64,000 nt of DNA from Octopus vulgaris (lineage: Eukaryota): contig OX597836.1 in assembly GCA_951406725.2 (NCBI GenBank), positions 12,400,001 to 12,464,000 of the forward strand, in the 5' to 3' direction. Under the pieces are notes generated by a model. That model saw only the letters and a program-made list of their open reading frames with translations. It had not been told where the DNA came from and made no database searches. This document shows positions 12,389 to 25,589 of this stretch, piece by piece. Both the position numbers and the translations under genes were made by a program. Within the stretch, counting starts at the first letter, position 1; each line of letters begins with the position of its first letter.

Positions 12389-13558
12389 CCATCATCATTT
12401 AGTGTCCATTTTCCATTCTGTCATGGGTTCGATGGTTTGACCAGAGCTGGTAAGTCCAGGGGTAGCACCAGGCTCCATCGTCTGTTCTGGCATGGTTTCT
12501 ACATACACACATGCAATGGGCTTCCACACGGTTTCCATCTATCAAATTCACTCATCAGGCATTGGTCGGCCTGTCATTATAATTGACAACACTTGTCCCG
12601 GGTGCAGTACACATGGACTGAACCCTGAACCACTTGGTTGCAAATTGAGCTTCTTAACCTTAACTGATATCTCCATCTTTCTAATTGGTTTAACAAAACT
12701 CAATGGAGACTGTACAGAGCAAACAAGTTAATTAATATCTTTATGTACTAAACATAATTATCTCAATCATTGAATTAATTAGATGAGTCATTATTAATTA
12801 ATGATAAGAACATACTCCATCTATTCTTGGTATGTTTAAATAAACCAGTGATTTATCAATATATTCTTCTTTTTACTAACAGTGTAATATTAATTAATTA
12901 ATTAATTAATTAAAGTTTTATGGTTTTACTTACTCAAGTACACTAATACCTGCTTTTTATTTTCATTTTCTTGTAGCAGTGTTTTAACCCTTTCGTTCAT
13001 TTGACTCGTTCATATGGCCCCTGAAAGTCCATATACAATTGTGGGGGGTCCTTGCAACAAAAGAGTAAATTGGGTACACACAGTAGTATATTAAGGGTCC
13101 ATGGAATAATTTTGGTTTAAATGTAATTATTGCAAGAAATGGCCAGGTTTCTTCCTCTGATGTTTTACCTAATTCAACCCACACAAGCTAATGTGTGGAA
13201 AGCAAAATAGGAATTCTGAAACAAGTGTCTGTAAAACTAGTTTTTAAACATTAAATGGCTATGAGAGTCCAGCAGAATAAAATAATCAAAGGAACTCCAC
13301 GCAAGCAAGGTAGTAAACTGGGAACCACAATAGTATTTTAAGAGCCCCTGAAAAGATTTTACTCCAGGTGTTTGCATTGATGTGTACTGCAAGAAAAAGC
13401 AAGTTTTTTTTTTCCTCTAACATTTTACATAGTTCAAACTACACAAGTAAACATGTGAAAAGCAAAACAGGAACTTTTGAAGAAATATTGGTAAAACTAG
13501 TTTTTGAACATCGAATTACTATAGGAGGTCAACCAGAATAAAATAGTAATCAATGGGG

Positions 13559-13607
<49 letters not shown>

Positions 13608-13619
13608 CTGACTGGAGCA

Positions 13620-13650
<31 letters not shown>

Positions 13651-13760
13651 CCAGGTCATGCTATTTCTGTGGAGTACTCAGCCATACATGTAAATTCAGT
13701 GAGCATAGTTTTTGATCAAATTATTAAATACTTATGTTGAATCATAGAGACCATTGCATG

Positions 13761-13809
<49 letters not shown>

Positions 13810-13819
13810 GTGTATATAG

Positions 13820-14218
13820 AAGTACAGGTGTGGTTGTGTGATAAGCAGTTTGCCTCTCAACCTCATGGTCCTAGGTTCATTCCCACTGCATTGCACCTTG
13901 GGCAAGTGTCTTCTATAAAAGTGCTAAGCAGACCAAAAGCCTTGTAAATGGATTTGGTAGATGGAAACTGAAAGAAGCCCATCATATATATATGTGTATG
14001 TATGTATTTGTGTATTTGTGTTTGTCCCCCACCCCCACCCACCATCGCTTGATAACTAATGTTGGCGTGTTTACATCCCCGTAACTTATCAGTTCGGCAA
14101 AAGGATACTGATAGAGTAAGTACTAGGTTTACAAAGAATAAGTCCTGGGATCGATTTGTTCGACTAAAGGCAGTACTCCAGCATGGCCGCAGTCAGATAA
14201 CTGAAACAGGTAATAAAA
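13820..14218 (+). mobile_element. SINE family A (tRNA-like head, internal microsatellite, GACTGAAACAAGTAAAAGAG-type tail)
   Basis: Homologous to full copies at 48360, 56069, 58525. Confidence 0.85.
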
Positions 14219-14229
14219 ATACAGACTGA

Positions 14230-14800
14230 AACAAGCCCGTCCACCAACCCCGGTGGCACATTAAAAGCACCAACCGATCGTAGCCGTTGCCAGCCTCGCC
14301 TGGCCCCTGTGCCAGTGGCACATAAAAAGCACCAACTGATCGTGGCTATTGCCAGCCTCGCCTGGCCCCTGTGCTGGTGGCACATAAAAAGCACCAACCG
14401 ATCGTAGCCGTTGCCAGCCTCGCCTGGCCCCTGTGCCAGGTGGCACATAAAAAGCACCAACCGATCATGGCCATTGCTAGCCTCGCCTGGCCCCTGTGCT
14501 GGTGGCATGTAAAAAGCACCAACCGATCATGGCCATTGCTAGCCTCGCCTGGCCCCTGTGCTGGTGGCATTTAAAAAGCACCAACCGATCATAGCCATTG
14601 CCAGCCTCGCCTGGCCCCTGTGCCAATGGTACATAAAAAGCATCCACTGCACTCTCGGAGTGGTTGGTGTTAGGAAGGGCATCCAGCTGTAGAAACACTG
14701 CCAGATCAGACTGGAGCCTGGTGCAGCCTCCTGGCTTCCCAGACCCCGGTCGAACCGTCCAACCCATGCTAGCATGGAAAGCGGACATTAAACAGTGATG
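14230..14800 (+). repeat. Family C element with about 7 tandem units of about 60 bp
   Basis: Unit GTGGCACATAAAAAGCACCAACCGATCGTAGCCGTTGCCAGCCTCGCCTGGCCCCTGTGC repeated. Confidence 0.9.
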
Positions 14801-15369
14801 AGAATGATACATACATACCTACGATAATGTTTATTTGTATTTGCATAAGATGTATATGTATATTTTTGTCATGCATATATACATTGCCAATGTGAGAGAG
14901 AGATAGGGTGGGTAGAGACAGAAGTGAGTTTATTATGCATATGGTAATTGTTCAGTGTAGAAAGATTTTCCACATGTATATTGTGTACGTTTGAGAGCAA
15001 GAGAGGGATGTATGTGTTGTATATTTTATAGTGTTCGGTGTACAAACATATATCCCATATGTGCATTTGTGTGTGTGTGTGTGAAGGAGAGAGAGAAAGT
15101 GATATGATGTTCGGTGTACAAACGTTTTTAGTGTACGCATGTAAAAGAGAGAGAGAGGGTGAAAGAGGAGGGAAGGAACTTGTCTTGTATATATTAATGT
15201 TTTGTGTACAAATGGGTGTGTACATGCTATACATATATATATATATTTATATATACATATTTCTATATAAAAAAATTCTATAATTATAAGCATAATTATA
15301 ATTAGGGTTCAGCAAAATTGCTTCACCACATACCGAAATTTAGAAATAGCAGTTAAGTACTATTCCACT

Positions 15370-15620
15370 GTGGAGGAACGTGGCTTAGTGGTTAGGGTGT
15401 CAGCACCATGATCGTAAGATTGTGGTTTCGATTCCTGGACTGGGCGACGCATTGTGTTCTTGAGCAAAACACCTCATTTCACGTTGCTCCAGTCCACTCA
15501 CCTGGCAAAAATGAGTAACGCTGCGTTGGACTGGTGTCCCGTCCAGCTGGGGAACACATACACCATTGAAACCGGGAAACCGGGCCCATGAGCCTGGCTA
15601 GGCTTTAAAAGGGCGCATTT
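15370..15620 (+). mobile_element. tRNA-derived SINE (family D-related)
   Basis: TGGCTTAGTGGTTAGG A box, GGTTTCGATTCC B box; 3' end shared with 26080-26180. Confidence 0.8.
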
Positions 15621-15625
15621 ATTAT

Positions 15626-15664
<39 letters not shown>

Positions 15665-15752
15665 TAATATTAGGGTAATAAGAATTATAGAAATGTTTAT
15701 TACCAGTGGTCTAGCGCAAAAAAAATTAGTCAATAGACTATATATTATTCGT

Positions 15753-15938
15753 ATAAAATATAGTGTACATTAGAACACATTAAGACATTAAGAAGCTTCC
15801 ATCATAGGAAAGCTTTGTGCTAGAAAGAGCAGTTTATTACCCTTTTTAGTGCAAGATACTGAATTGTTTACTGCTCTTTCTAGCGCAATGCTTTCCTATG
15901 ATAGAAGCCTCTTGATGTGTTTTAATGTACATGATATT

Positions 15939-15942
<4 letters not shown>
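15753..15942. repeat. Long imperfect inverted repeat (arms about 75-80 bp, loop about 37 nt)
   Basis: Arms 15753-15832 and 15870-15942 are reverse complements with few mismatches. Confidence 0.85.
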
Positions 15943-15978
<36 letters not shown>

Positions 15979-16316
15979 TTGTTTGTATATAAAAAAATTC
16001 TATAATTATAAGCATAATTATAATTAGGATTCAGCAAAATTGCTTCATCACATACCGAAATTTAGAAATAGCAGTTAAGTACTATTCCACTACCTATGGA
16101 TGGACAGACAGACAGATAGATGTGTATATGGGCTTGTTTCAGTTTTCATCTCGCAAGGCTTTGGTTGGCCCAAGGCTATCGTAAAAGACCCTCACCCAAG
16201 GTGTCGCACATTGGGACTGAGTCCAGAACCATGTGGTTTGGAAACAAGCTCCTTACCACATGGCCACACCTCCTCGAAAGAGAGAGGGGGTGGAGGGGAG
16301 AGTCTGTTATGTAATA

Positions 16317-17098
16317 TATATTTCTTTACTGCCCACAAGGGGCTAAACATAGAGGGAACAAACAAGGACAGACAAAGGGATTAAGTCTATTACATCGACC
16401 TCAGTGCAAAACTGGTACTTTATTTATCGACCCCAAAAGGATGAAAGGCAAAGTCAACCTCGGCGGAATTTGAACTCAGAACGTAGCAACAGACGAAATA
16501 CCTATTTCTTTACTACCCGCAAGGGGCTAAACACAGAGGGAACAAACAAGGACAGACAAAAGGATTAAGTCGATTACATTGACCCCAGTGCAAAACTGGT
16601 ACTTTATTTATCGACCCCAAAAGGATGAAAGGCAAAGTCGACCTCAGCGGAATTTGAACTCAGAACGTAACGGCAGACGCAATACGTATTTCTTTACTAC
16701 CCACAAGGGGCTAAACACAGAGGGGACAAGGACAGACAAACGGATTAAGTCGATTATATCGACCCCAGTGCGTAACTGGTACTTATTTAATCAACCCCAA
16801 AAGGATGAAAGGCAAAGTCGACCTAGGTGAAATTTGAACTCAGAACGTAGCGGCAGATGAAATACCTATTTCTTTACTACCCACAAGGGGCTAAACACAG
16901 AGGGGACAAACAAGGACAGACATAGGTATTAAGTTGATTATATCGACCCCAGTGCGTAACTGGTACTTATTTAATCGACCCCGAAAGGATGAAAGGCAAA
17001 GTCGACCTCAGCAGAATTTGAACTCAGAATGTAGCAGCAGATGAAATACCACTATGCATTTCGCCCGGTGTGCTAATGATTCTGCCAGCTCGCCGCCT
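16317..17098 (-). mobile_element. Tetrameric head-to-tail array of family B SINE
   Basis: Four units of about 180 bp; only the unit at the 17098 end keeps the full head. Confidence 0.9.
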
Positions 17099-17402
17099 AT
17101 AGAGTCTGTTATGTAATATGGCTATGTTTGGTGTACAAACCTGTATCGCTCATGCTTGGTTTTCTGTATGTGTATTTTGAAGGGAGTGGACGCAGGGTAG
17201 GAAAGCGTGCAAAGGCGAAAGAGGTGCTTTCCTGTGTGCATTAATAGTCATCCTGTTTGCGCTGAACTCATCCTGTTCCGTGCATGCCACTCACCATCCT
17301 GTTTCACCAATGGCATCTGTCTTGTGGAGACGAGTATCTTCTGCAGGATTTTTCTGTTGACATTTATTTATTTTTTTTGTTTACCTCGACAATAACAGGG
17401 AA

Positions 17403-18000
17403 CTAGTGGTGGTGGTAGTAGTAATAGTAATGGTGGTGGTAGTTAGTAGTTGTAATGATGGTGGAGGTTAGTAGTTGTAATGGTGGTGGTGGTGATAGTA
17501 GTAGTAATGGTGGTGGTGGTAGTAGTAGTGGTGGTGGTAGTGGTGGTGGTGGTGGTTGTAATGATGGTGGTGGTGGTGGTGATAGCAGTAGTGATGGTGG
17601 TAGTAGTAGTAGTAGCAATGGTGTTGGTGGTGGTGGTGTGGTGGTAGTAGTAGTAGTAATGGTGGTGATGGTGGCGGTGGTGGTAGTAGTAGTAGTAAAA
17701 CTTTGGCGGAAATTGTAGTCAGAGCTGCTGCTGTTGCTTTCGTTGTTGTTCTTCACAATGCTGAAGATGGCAATGTTTTCCATGATGATGATGATGTGTG
17801 GTGGTGGTGGTGGTGGTTGAGGTGGAGGAGGAGGAGGAAGAAAATGGTGTTAGTTGTGGTGGTGGCAGCAGAGGTGAGAGTACCAGGTGAACGTCATGGT
17901 TATGGGGGGTGTGGAGGGGGAAGATAGTGATGGTGACTATAACTATGGTGGTGATGATGATGATGGTGGTGGTGACAAAGTGTCCAGAATGTCTGTGATC
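17403..18000. repeat. Low-complexity (GGT/AGT/GAT)n region
   Basis: Imperfect trinucleotide tracts with a higher-complexity core at 17700-17990. Confidence 0.8.
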
Positions 18001-18234
18001 AGTTACCTGTAAGATAAATAAAATATGTTACAAAATGTCACAGCAGCGGCAGCAGTAGTAGTAGTAGTAGTAGTAGTAACAATAGTTTCAAGTCTTCAGA
18101 AAGATTCTTGAAATCTGAGGAGACTTGTTATCACCAAACTGCAAGATAACATCCCTGCTAATTAAATTGGCACATAACGGGGTTTTGAAGAATAATAACA
18201 ATAATAATAATAATAATAATAATAATGATAATAA

Positions 18235-18635
18235 TCCTTTCTACTGGAAGCACAAGGCCTCAAATTTGGGGGAGGGGATTAAGTCGATTACATCGATCCC
18301 AGTGTGTAACTGGTACTTATTTAATCGACCCTGAAAGGATGAAAGGCAAAATCAACCTCTGCAGAATTTGAACTCAGAACATACCAGCAGATGAAATACC
18401 TATTTCTTTACTACCCACAAGATGCTAAACACAGAGGGGACAAACAAGGACAGAAAAACGGATTAAGTCGATTATATCAACCCCAGTGCGTAACTGATAC
18501 TTATTTAAATCGACCCCGAAAGGATGAAAGGCAAAGTCGACCTCGGCAGAATTTGAACTCAGAACGTAACGGCAGATGAAATACCACTAAGCATTTTGCC
18601 CGGCATGCTAACGATTCTGTCAGCTTATCACCTTA
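18235..18635 (-). mobile_element. Dimeric family B SINE
   Basis: Same junction type as the 16317 array. Confidence 0.85.
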
Positions 18636-18928
18636 ATAATAATAATAATAATAATAAATATTTCTTTTAACCTCATAATATCATTCTCTGTTTTTATTGA
18701 GTTCCCTTCCCCCACCTCACCAATATTTACACCTGTAACTAAGGTGTTTAATTGGTTTCTGTCTTTCAATGTTCATCGGGGCTTCTATTCAGGGATGTGC
18801 ACATGTATACCTGGTACCAGACTGGATTTCGAACGAGGATACATTTATTCATAAGCTAAAACGATAATTAATGTCAGTTGTTTGACTCTTAGACAGGTAG
18901 GTTCTGTGTAGACAATATCCAGGAACGT

Positions 18929-18974
18929 AACACCTGATGATAATTGAAGGTGAAGCTGTCTGAAGCATGGTGTA
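18929..18974 (+). ncRNA. Degenerate type I hammerhead motif
   Basis: ACAC-CTGATGA...GAAGC-ATG-GTGT: stem I is retained, GAAA and stem II are decayed. Confidence 0.4.
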
Positions 18975-19149
18975 AATAAATATAGACATCAAAAACTGTT
19001 TCATCTCCAACAGATTAGGTTAATAGACTGAAAGTTCATAATTTCATTATGTTAATGACGTTTCACAATAATTTTGTTTATCAAAGTGGTGAGCTGGTAG
19101 AATCGTTAAGCTTCTAGGTGTAATGCTTAGCAGTATTTCGTCCCTCTTT

Positions 19150-19368
19150 TACTCTTTTACTTGTTTCAGTCATTTGACTGTGGCCGTGCTGGAGCACCGC
19201 CTTTAATCGAGCAACTCGACCCCGGGACTTATTCTTTTGTAAGCCCAGTACTTATTCTATCGGTTTCTTTTGCCGAACCGCTAAGTAACGGGGACATAAA
19301 CACACTAGCATCGGTTGTCAAGCAATGCTAGGGGGACAAACACAGACACACAAACATACATACGCATA

Positions 19369-19406
<38 letters not shown>

Positions 19407-19570
19407 TATGACTGGCTTCTTTCAGTTTCCATCTACCAAATCCACTCACAAGGCTTTGGTCGGCCCGAGGCTATAGTAGAAGACACTTGCCCAAGGTGCC
19501 ACGCAGTGGGACTGAACCTGGAACCATGTGGTTGGTAAACTAGCTCCTTACCACACAGCCACTCCTGCGC
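19150..19570 (-). mobile_element. Full-length family A SINE inserted into a family B SINE
   Basis: Family B head at 19085-19145 resumes at 19575. Confidence 0.9.
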
Positions 19571-19734
19571 CCTCTTCACATTTTGAGTTCAAATTCCACC
19601 AGGGTCGACTTTGTCTTTCGTCCTTTCGAGTGCGATAAAATAAGTACTGGTTGAATATTGGGAGTCGATGTAATTGACTTACCCTTTCCCCCTGAAATTG
19701 CTGGCCCTGTGCCAGATTTTGAAACTACGTATAA

Positions 19735-20370
19735 GCACAGGCGTGGCTGTGTGGTAAGAAGCTTGCTTCCCAACCACGTGGTTCCGGGTTCAGTCTCACT
19801 GCGTAGCATCTTGAGCAAGTCTCTTCTTATTTATTTATTGCCCACAAGGGTCTAAACATAGAGGGGACAAACAAGTACAGACAAATGGATTAAGTCGATT
19901 ACATCGACCCCAGTGCATAACTGGTACTTAATTCATCGACCCCAAAAGGATGAAAGGCAAAGTCGACCTCAGTGGAATTTGAACTCAGAATGTAACGGCA
20001 GACGAAACACCACTAAGCATTTCACCCAGCGTGCTAACGTTTCTGCCAGCTCACCGCCTTCTATAGCCTTGGGCCAATCAAAGCTTTGTAAGTGAATTTG
20101 GTAGATGGAAACTGAAAGAAACCCATCATGTATATTTATATATATTTGTGTATGTATTTGTGTGTCTGTGTTTGTGTTTGTCCCCCCCCGTCACCGCTTG
20201 ACAACTGGTGTTGTTGGTATGTTTACATCCGTGAACTTAGTAGTTCAGTAAATGTAACCAACAGAATGAATACCAAGCTTTAAAAAAAAAAGTCCTGGGA
20301 TTGAATTGTTCAACCAGATCCTTTCAAGGTGATGCCCCAGCATGGCAGCAGTCAAATGACTGAAACACAC
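19735..20370 (+). mobile_element. Family A SINE interrupted by a minus-strand family B SINE (19835-20058)
   Basis: CAAGTCTCTTCT is interrupted and resumes at CTTCTATAGCCTTGGG. Confidence 0.8.
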
Positions 20371-21034
20371 AAAACGTCAAACTATGTGAATTATAAGAAA
20401 TAAGACATGTCGACTCGTATTGAATGTATTGAATTCTGTTTGCTCTGCTTTTATGACCAAATGAATGTAAATTTTTGTATTAATTTCTCTTTTTCTATTT
20501 GTTTCAGGTAAGATCCTCACTATTCTTGATTTTGAAAGGTTTCGTGGTTTATTCTTGGTTTTAATTACCTGTAACAGGTATGATATGCAATCCTGCTTTT
20601 CTTATTTTAAAGTGCAGTGGGCAAGCCCATATACACACATACATACACACACTCACACACAAGCAAAACACATAGATATACATACACACATGCATGCACG
20701 CACACTCACACCCACACACACAGGTGCAAACACATGTTCAGATAAGGATATACATCATAGAAGGACAGAATGGACTAAGTGGAGCAGGAGGATGCATGTG
20801 GATGGAAAGAGTCGCTGAAGAGGTCACAGAGGTGTGTTGAAAGACTTCCAGATAATGGACATATATAAAACAAGAACAATAATAAACAAGCGAAGAGGGG
20901 AATTTATAGGGCAAAACAAAGGGGGTAAAAATGACCATCCTGAAATATAACAGTATCTGTTTCAACCCCACAGTTTCTCATCAGGAATCTTACAAAACAA
21001 CTACATAAACGGTTTTTAAAATGTTTTTGCTCTT

Positions 21035-21095
<61 letters not shown>

Positions 21096-21261
21096 GCATA
21101 AACACACACACATGCACTCTCAGTAGGGTCCTTTCCTTCTCATAGTTCACCCTACTTGAATCAAAGCTAATCAATATACGATTCCTCTTTTCACTTGGTC
21201 TTTGCTGTAGCCTTTTTCTTGTCCATCTTTGCTCTCTTTCTCTTCTCTCTCTCCCTTCCCT

Positions 21262-21297
<36 letters not shown>

Positions 21298-21451
21298 CCT
21301 CTCTATTTATTATCTATCTATCTGTCTTTCTATTGATTATCTTGGCTTATCCCTTTAGCGTATAAACAAGCCACATCAGACATAAGTATTCTCCCTGGTT
21401 TCATGTTCAAGTTAACCAGATCTGGCCTCTCACACCAACCCTGCAATGCCA

Positions 21452-21650
21452 TGCTTAGCGGTATTTCGCCCATCGCTACATTCTGAGTTCAAACTCTACT
21501 GAGGACAACTTTTACCTTTCATCCTTTCAGGGTGGGCAAAATAAGTACCAGTCGAATTCTGGCGGGGTCTATGTAAATGACTCATCCGCTCCCCTAAAAC
21601 TGCTGCCCTTGCAGCAAAATTTGAAACCCTTATTATTATTATTATTATTA

Positions 21651-21702
<52 letters not shown>

Positions 21703-22088
21703 GGTGGCAAGCTGGCAGAATCGTTAGCATGCTGGACGAAATGCTTAGCGGTATTTCGCCCATCATTAAGTTCCGAGTTCTAATTCTGCCGAGGACAACT
21801 TTACCTCTCATCCTTTCAGGGTGGACAAAATAAGTACCAGTCGAACTCTGGGGGGTCGATGTAAATGACTCGTCCCCTTCCCTAAAACTGCTGCCCTTGT
21901 GGCAAAATTTGAAACCATGAGCGGTATTTCATCTCTCTTTATGTTCTGAGTTCAAATTCCGCCGAGGTCGACTTTGCCTTTCATCCTTTTGGGGTCGATA
22001 AATTAAGTACCAGTTGCGTACTGGGATCGATCTAATCGACTGGCCCCGCTCCCTCAAACTTTCGGGCTTTGTGCCTAGAGTAGAAAAG

Positions 22089-22147
<59 letters not shown>

Positions 22148-22150
22148 CAT
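21452..22150 (+). mobile_element. Cluster of three family B SINEs with (ATT)n tails
   Basis: Repeated B-box and central motif. Confidence 0.8.
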
Positions 22151-22812
22151 TGTTATGAAGGCATTAATTTCCAGAAGTACTTTAAGATAATGGGATAAGA
22201 GTATTTGACAGCGATAAGAACTCACCACAAATAACAGGAAGAGAACTATCAAGAGAAGAGCTTACAAGATGAAACAATGAAGATTTGAGATTATAATCTT
22301 GTAATGGTGGGGGGGGGGCAGTGGTGGCAGCGTTGCGGTGGGGTTTCCAGTCTTTCAGTTGTTTAGATGTTTCCTACTACAGCAAATTAGTCACACCGAT
22401 GTTGGCGTTGGCGTTGGTTTGTCAGCATATTCTGAGAGGAAGGGCAATTCTGGTTTTGCGGATTCGAGCAAAATAATTTTTTTCTGCTACCTTGCCAGAA
22501 TTATGGAAATGTTGTGAGTCACTAAGCAAAGCCTCGGTTTTTTTTCTTTATTTCTTTTTTTTTTTTGTTAGTGAGGTTGGGGACAAGTGAAATGGGTTGC
22601 TTAAAACTGCTAGAAATAGCAGCCAAACTTTCTCCCTCAGAGGACATTGTAGTATTTTTATAAAGAAAAAGAAAATAACCGACCAAAGCCTTGTGAATGG
22701 ATTTGGTGGACAGAAACTGAAAGAAGTCCATCTACACTGTGTGTGTGTGTGTTTGTCCCCCACTATCACATAACGACCAGTGTTGGTTTGTCTACATCTC
22801 TGCAACTTAGCT

Positions 22813-23430
22813 GTGAAAACCATTGCAAAACTGACCTTCCCTGTGCTGGTGCCATGTAAAAAGCACTCTGTCCACTCTGCAGGGTGGCTGGTATTAGGAA
22901 GGACATCCAGATGTAAAAAGCATGCCAAAACTGACCTCACCTGTGCTTGTGCTATGTAAAAAGCATTCTCTCCACTCTGCAGGGTGGCTGGTGTTAGGAA
23001 GAGCATCCAGCTGTGAAAGCCATGCCAAAACTGACCTCGCCTGTGCTGGTGCCATGTAAAAAGCATTCTGTCCACTCTGCAGAGTGGCTGGTGTTAGGAA
23101 GGGCATCCAGCTTCAAAAACCATGCCAAAACTGACCTCACCTGTGCTGGTGCCATGTAAAAAGCACTCTGTCCACTCTTTTGGGTGGCTGGTGTGAGGAA
23201 GGGCATCCAACTGTAAAAAGCATGGCAAAACTGACCTCACCTGTGCTGGTGCCATGTAAAAAGCATTCTGTCCACTCTGCAGGCTAGCTGGTGTTAGGAA
23301 GGACATCCAACTGTAAAAGCCATGGCAAAACTGACACTGAGGCCTGGTGCAGTCATCTACCTGGCCAGCTCTTGTCAAACAGTGCAACCCATACCAGCAT
23401 GGAAAGCGGATGTTAAATGATGATGATGAC
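22813..23430 (+). repeat. Tandem array of 100-bp units derived from family C
   Basis: CATGCCAAAACTGACC-like motif recurs at 22821, 22921, 23021, 23121, 23221, 23321; array ends in the family C tail. Confidence 0.9.
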
Positions 23431-23924
23431 GATGTCCAGTAAACCGTATCTGTCATTTAGCCATTATGTCCTACAAGCATCCAATTCCAGCTCTCCTCAT
23501 CACCTCTTCCCTTTCTCGTTCAGTCCCAGTCGCAGATCCCCGAGATTGCCTGTTAATAGCATGGATGAAACATGTCCTGGCTATTGTTTCATATGTAAAC
23601 GATCTCTATTCTCTCTCTGTCTTTCTCTCTCTCGCAGCGAAACCAACATTTCTAATAATTCTAAGAATCGTCAGTTTTTCTGTTGGCTTCTGCCGCTACC
23701 TGTTCTTGTTATTGGTCAAAATAAGATGAAAAGGATTTTGAGTTTTTGAGGAAATAAATTTTTTTTCTTAAAAAAAAAGAAATCAGAATAAAAATACAAG
23801 AATCACAGAAGAGTAGAATTATCAATTTAAATTTGCTGCTGTCGGAAAAAATATTTTTTTCATCCCAAGGCCACAGTTATAATTCATCTTCAGACTTTGT
23901 TTTTTGTTTGTATCTTTGTTTTTT

Positions 23925-24110
23925 CTTGCTTCTTCTTCTTCTTATTATTATTATTATCATTATTATTATTATTATTATTATTAATATTCTGCTTCTTCTT
24001 CTTCAATTCTTTTTCTTCTCCTTCTTCAATTCTTCTTTTTCTGCTTCTTCTTCATCAATTCCTCTTCTTCTTCTTCTTCTTCTTATTCTTCTTCTTGCTT
24101 CTTCTTCTTC

Positions 24111-24150
<40 letters not shown>

Positions 24151-24320
24151 ATTCTTCTTCTTCTTCTCCTTCTTCAATTCTTTTTCTGCTTCTTCTTCAT
24201 CAATTCCTCTTCTTCTTCTTCAATTCCTCTTCTTCTTCTTCTTCTTCTCCTTCTTCTTCTTCAATTCTTCTTCTTCTTCTTCTCCTTCTTCTTCTTCTTC
24301 AATTCTTCTTCTTCAGTTCT
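23925..24320. repeat. (CTT)n/(ATT)n compound microsatellite
   Basis: Direct reading. Confidence 0.9.
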
Positions 24321-25109
24321 TTTTCATTTCTTAAATTCTTTTTCTCCTTCAATTCTCCTTCATACCTTAAATTATTCTTCTCCTTCTTTTCTCCTCCTCT
24401 AAGATTGATTAACTACACTCTAAAGCCAATGAGAACATAACGGGAGGGGAAGAAAAAAAATTACAATCAAAAACAAAAATGTCCAGAAACCCGGAAGAAA
24501 TTTCTGTCAAATAATATTTCTCTTGTGATGTTCTCTTCATCTCTTGAACTCTGTCTCTCCTTCTCCCTCTCTCTCTCTCTCTCCCCCTCTCCCCCCTCTC
24601 ATTATCCTAGTCCAACTTTGTACAGTTCATTACAGAAATGATACATTCCAAATTAGTGATTTTAATTTTTTTTTTATTAAAGAAATTTGCCAAATTCTCT
24701 TCATCTTCACCTTCTTCCTCTCTGTTTATTTTTGCCTGTTGTTCTTTTTTATTTTTTTTTTTTTTTTGGTTTGTATTCACCATATTCTTTTACCCTTTTT
24801 TTTATTATTATTATTTGTAACCCACATTTTGGTAAGCTTTTCTGTTTTTGGAAAAGGCCATTAAAAATAGGTGTCTTCAGATCAGAACCTTCCGTACGAA
24901 TGTGTTGCAGTGTAATTAGTCTTAATGTGTATTTTGGGTCACAGATTTTATTCTATATACATACATCACGCTGCTTCCAGTTTCCGTCACCTTTCTCTCC
25001 TTCTCTCTCTCTCCCTCTCTCCTTCTCTCTCTCTCTCTCTCTCTCTCTTCCACTCTTTTCCGCTGTCATTTATGTTGTCCGTCTATCAGGTCTTGCAAAA
25101 CCAGTATAT

Positions 25110-25572
25110 ATTCTTTTATTCCTTTCAGTCGTATGGCTGTGGCCTTGCTGGAGCACCGCCTTCTAGCCAGAGGAATCGACCCACCCCTCCGCCCCAGGAC
25201 TTATTCATTGTAAGCCTGGTACTTATTCTGTTGGTCTCTTTTGCTGAACCGCTAGGTTACAGGGATGCAAAAATGGCGGTGCATCAGCATGGCTACAGCT
25301 CTGAGCTGATACTAATGAAAAAAAAAGTACCAACATCAGTTGTCAAGTTATGGGGCAGCGGTGGGGGTAACCAAGACACAACGACACACATAAATACATA
25401 TATATATATTTATACGACAGGCTTCTTTCAGTTTCCGTCTACCAAAGCCACTCACAAGGCTTTGGTCGGCTCAAGGCTATAGCAGAAGACACTTGCCCAA
25501 AGTGCCATTCAGTGGGACTGAACCCAGGACCATATGGTTGGCAAGCTTCTTACCACACAGCTTCACCTGCAC
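25110..25572 (-). mobile_element. SINE family A
   Basis: Reverse-complement homology to family A. Confidence 0.8.
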
Positions 25573-25589
25573 CTATATATATATATCTA

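Noticed and set aside
14230-14640. HDV-like ribozyme (CCAGCCTCGCCTGG resembles HDV P3/L3)
   Set aside because: Could not build the nested double pseudoknot or place the catalytic C
20811-20990. CTGAAGA...GAAA (plus) and CTGATGA...GAAAC (minus) motifs
   Set aside because: No convincing stem I pairing; probably chance
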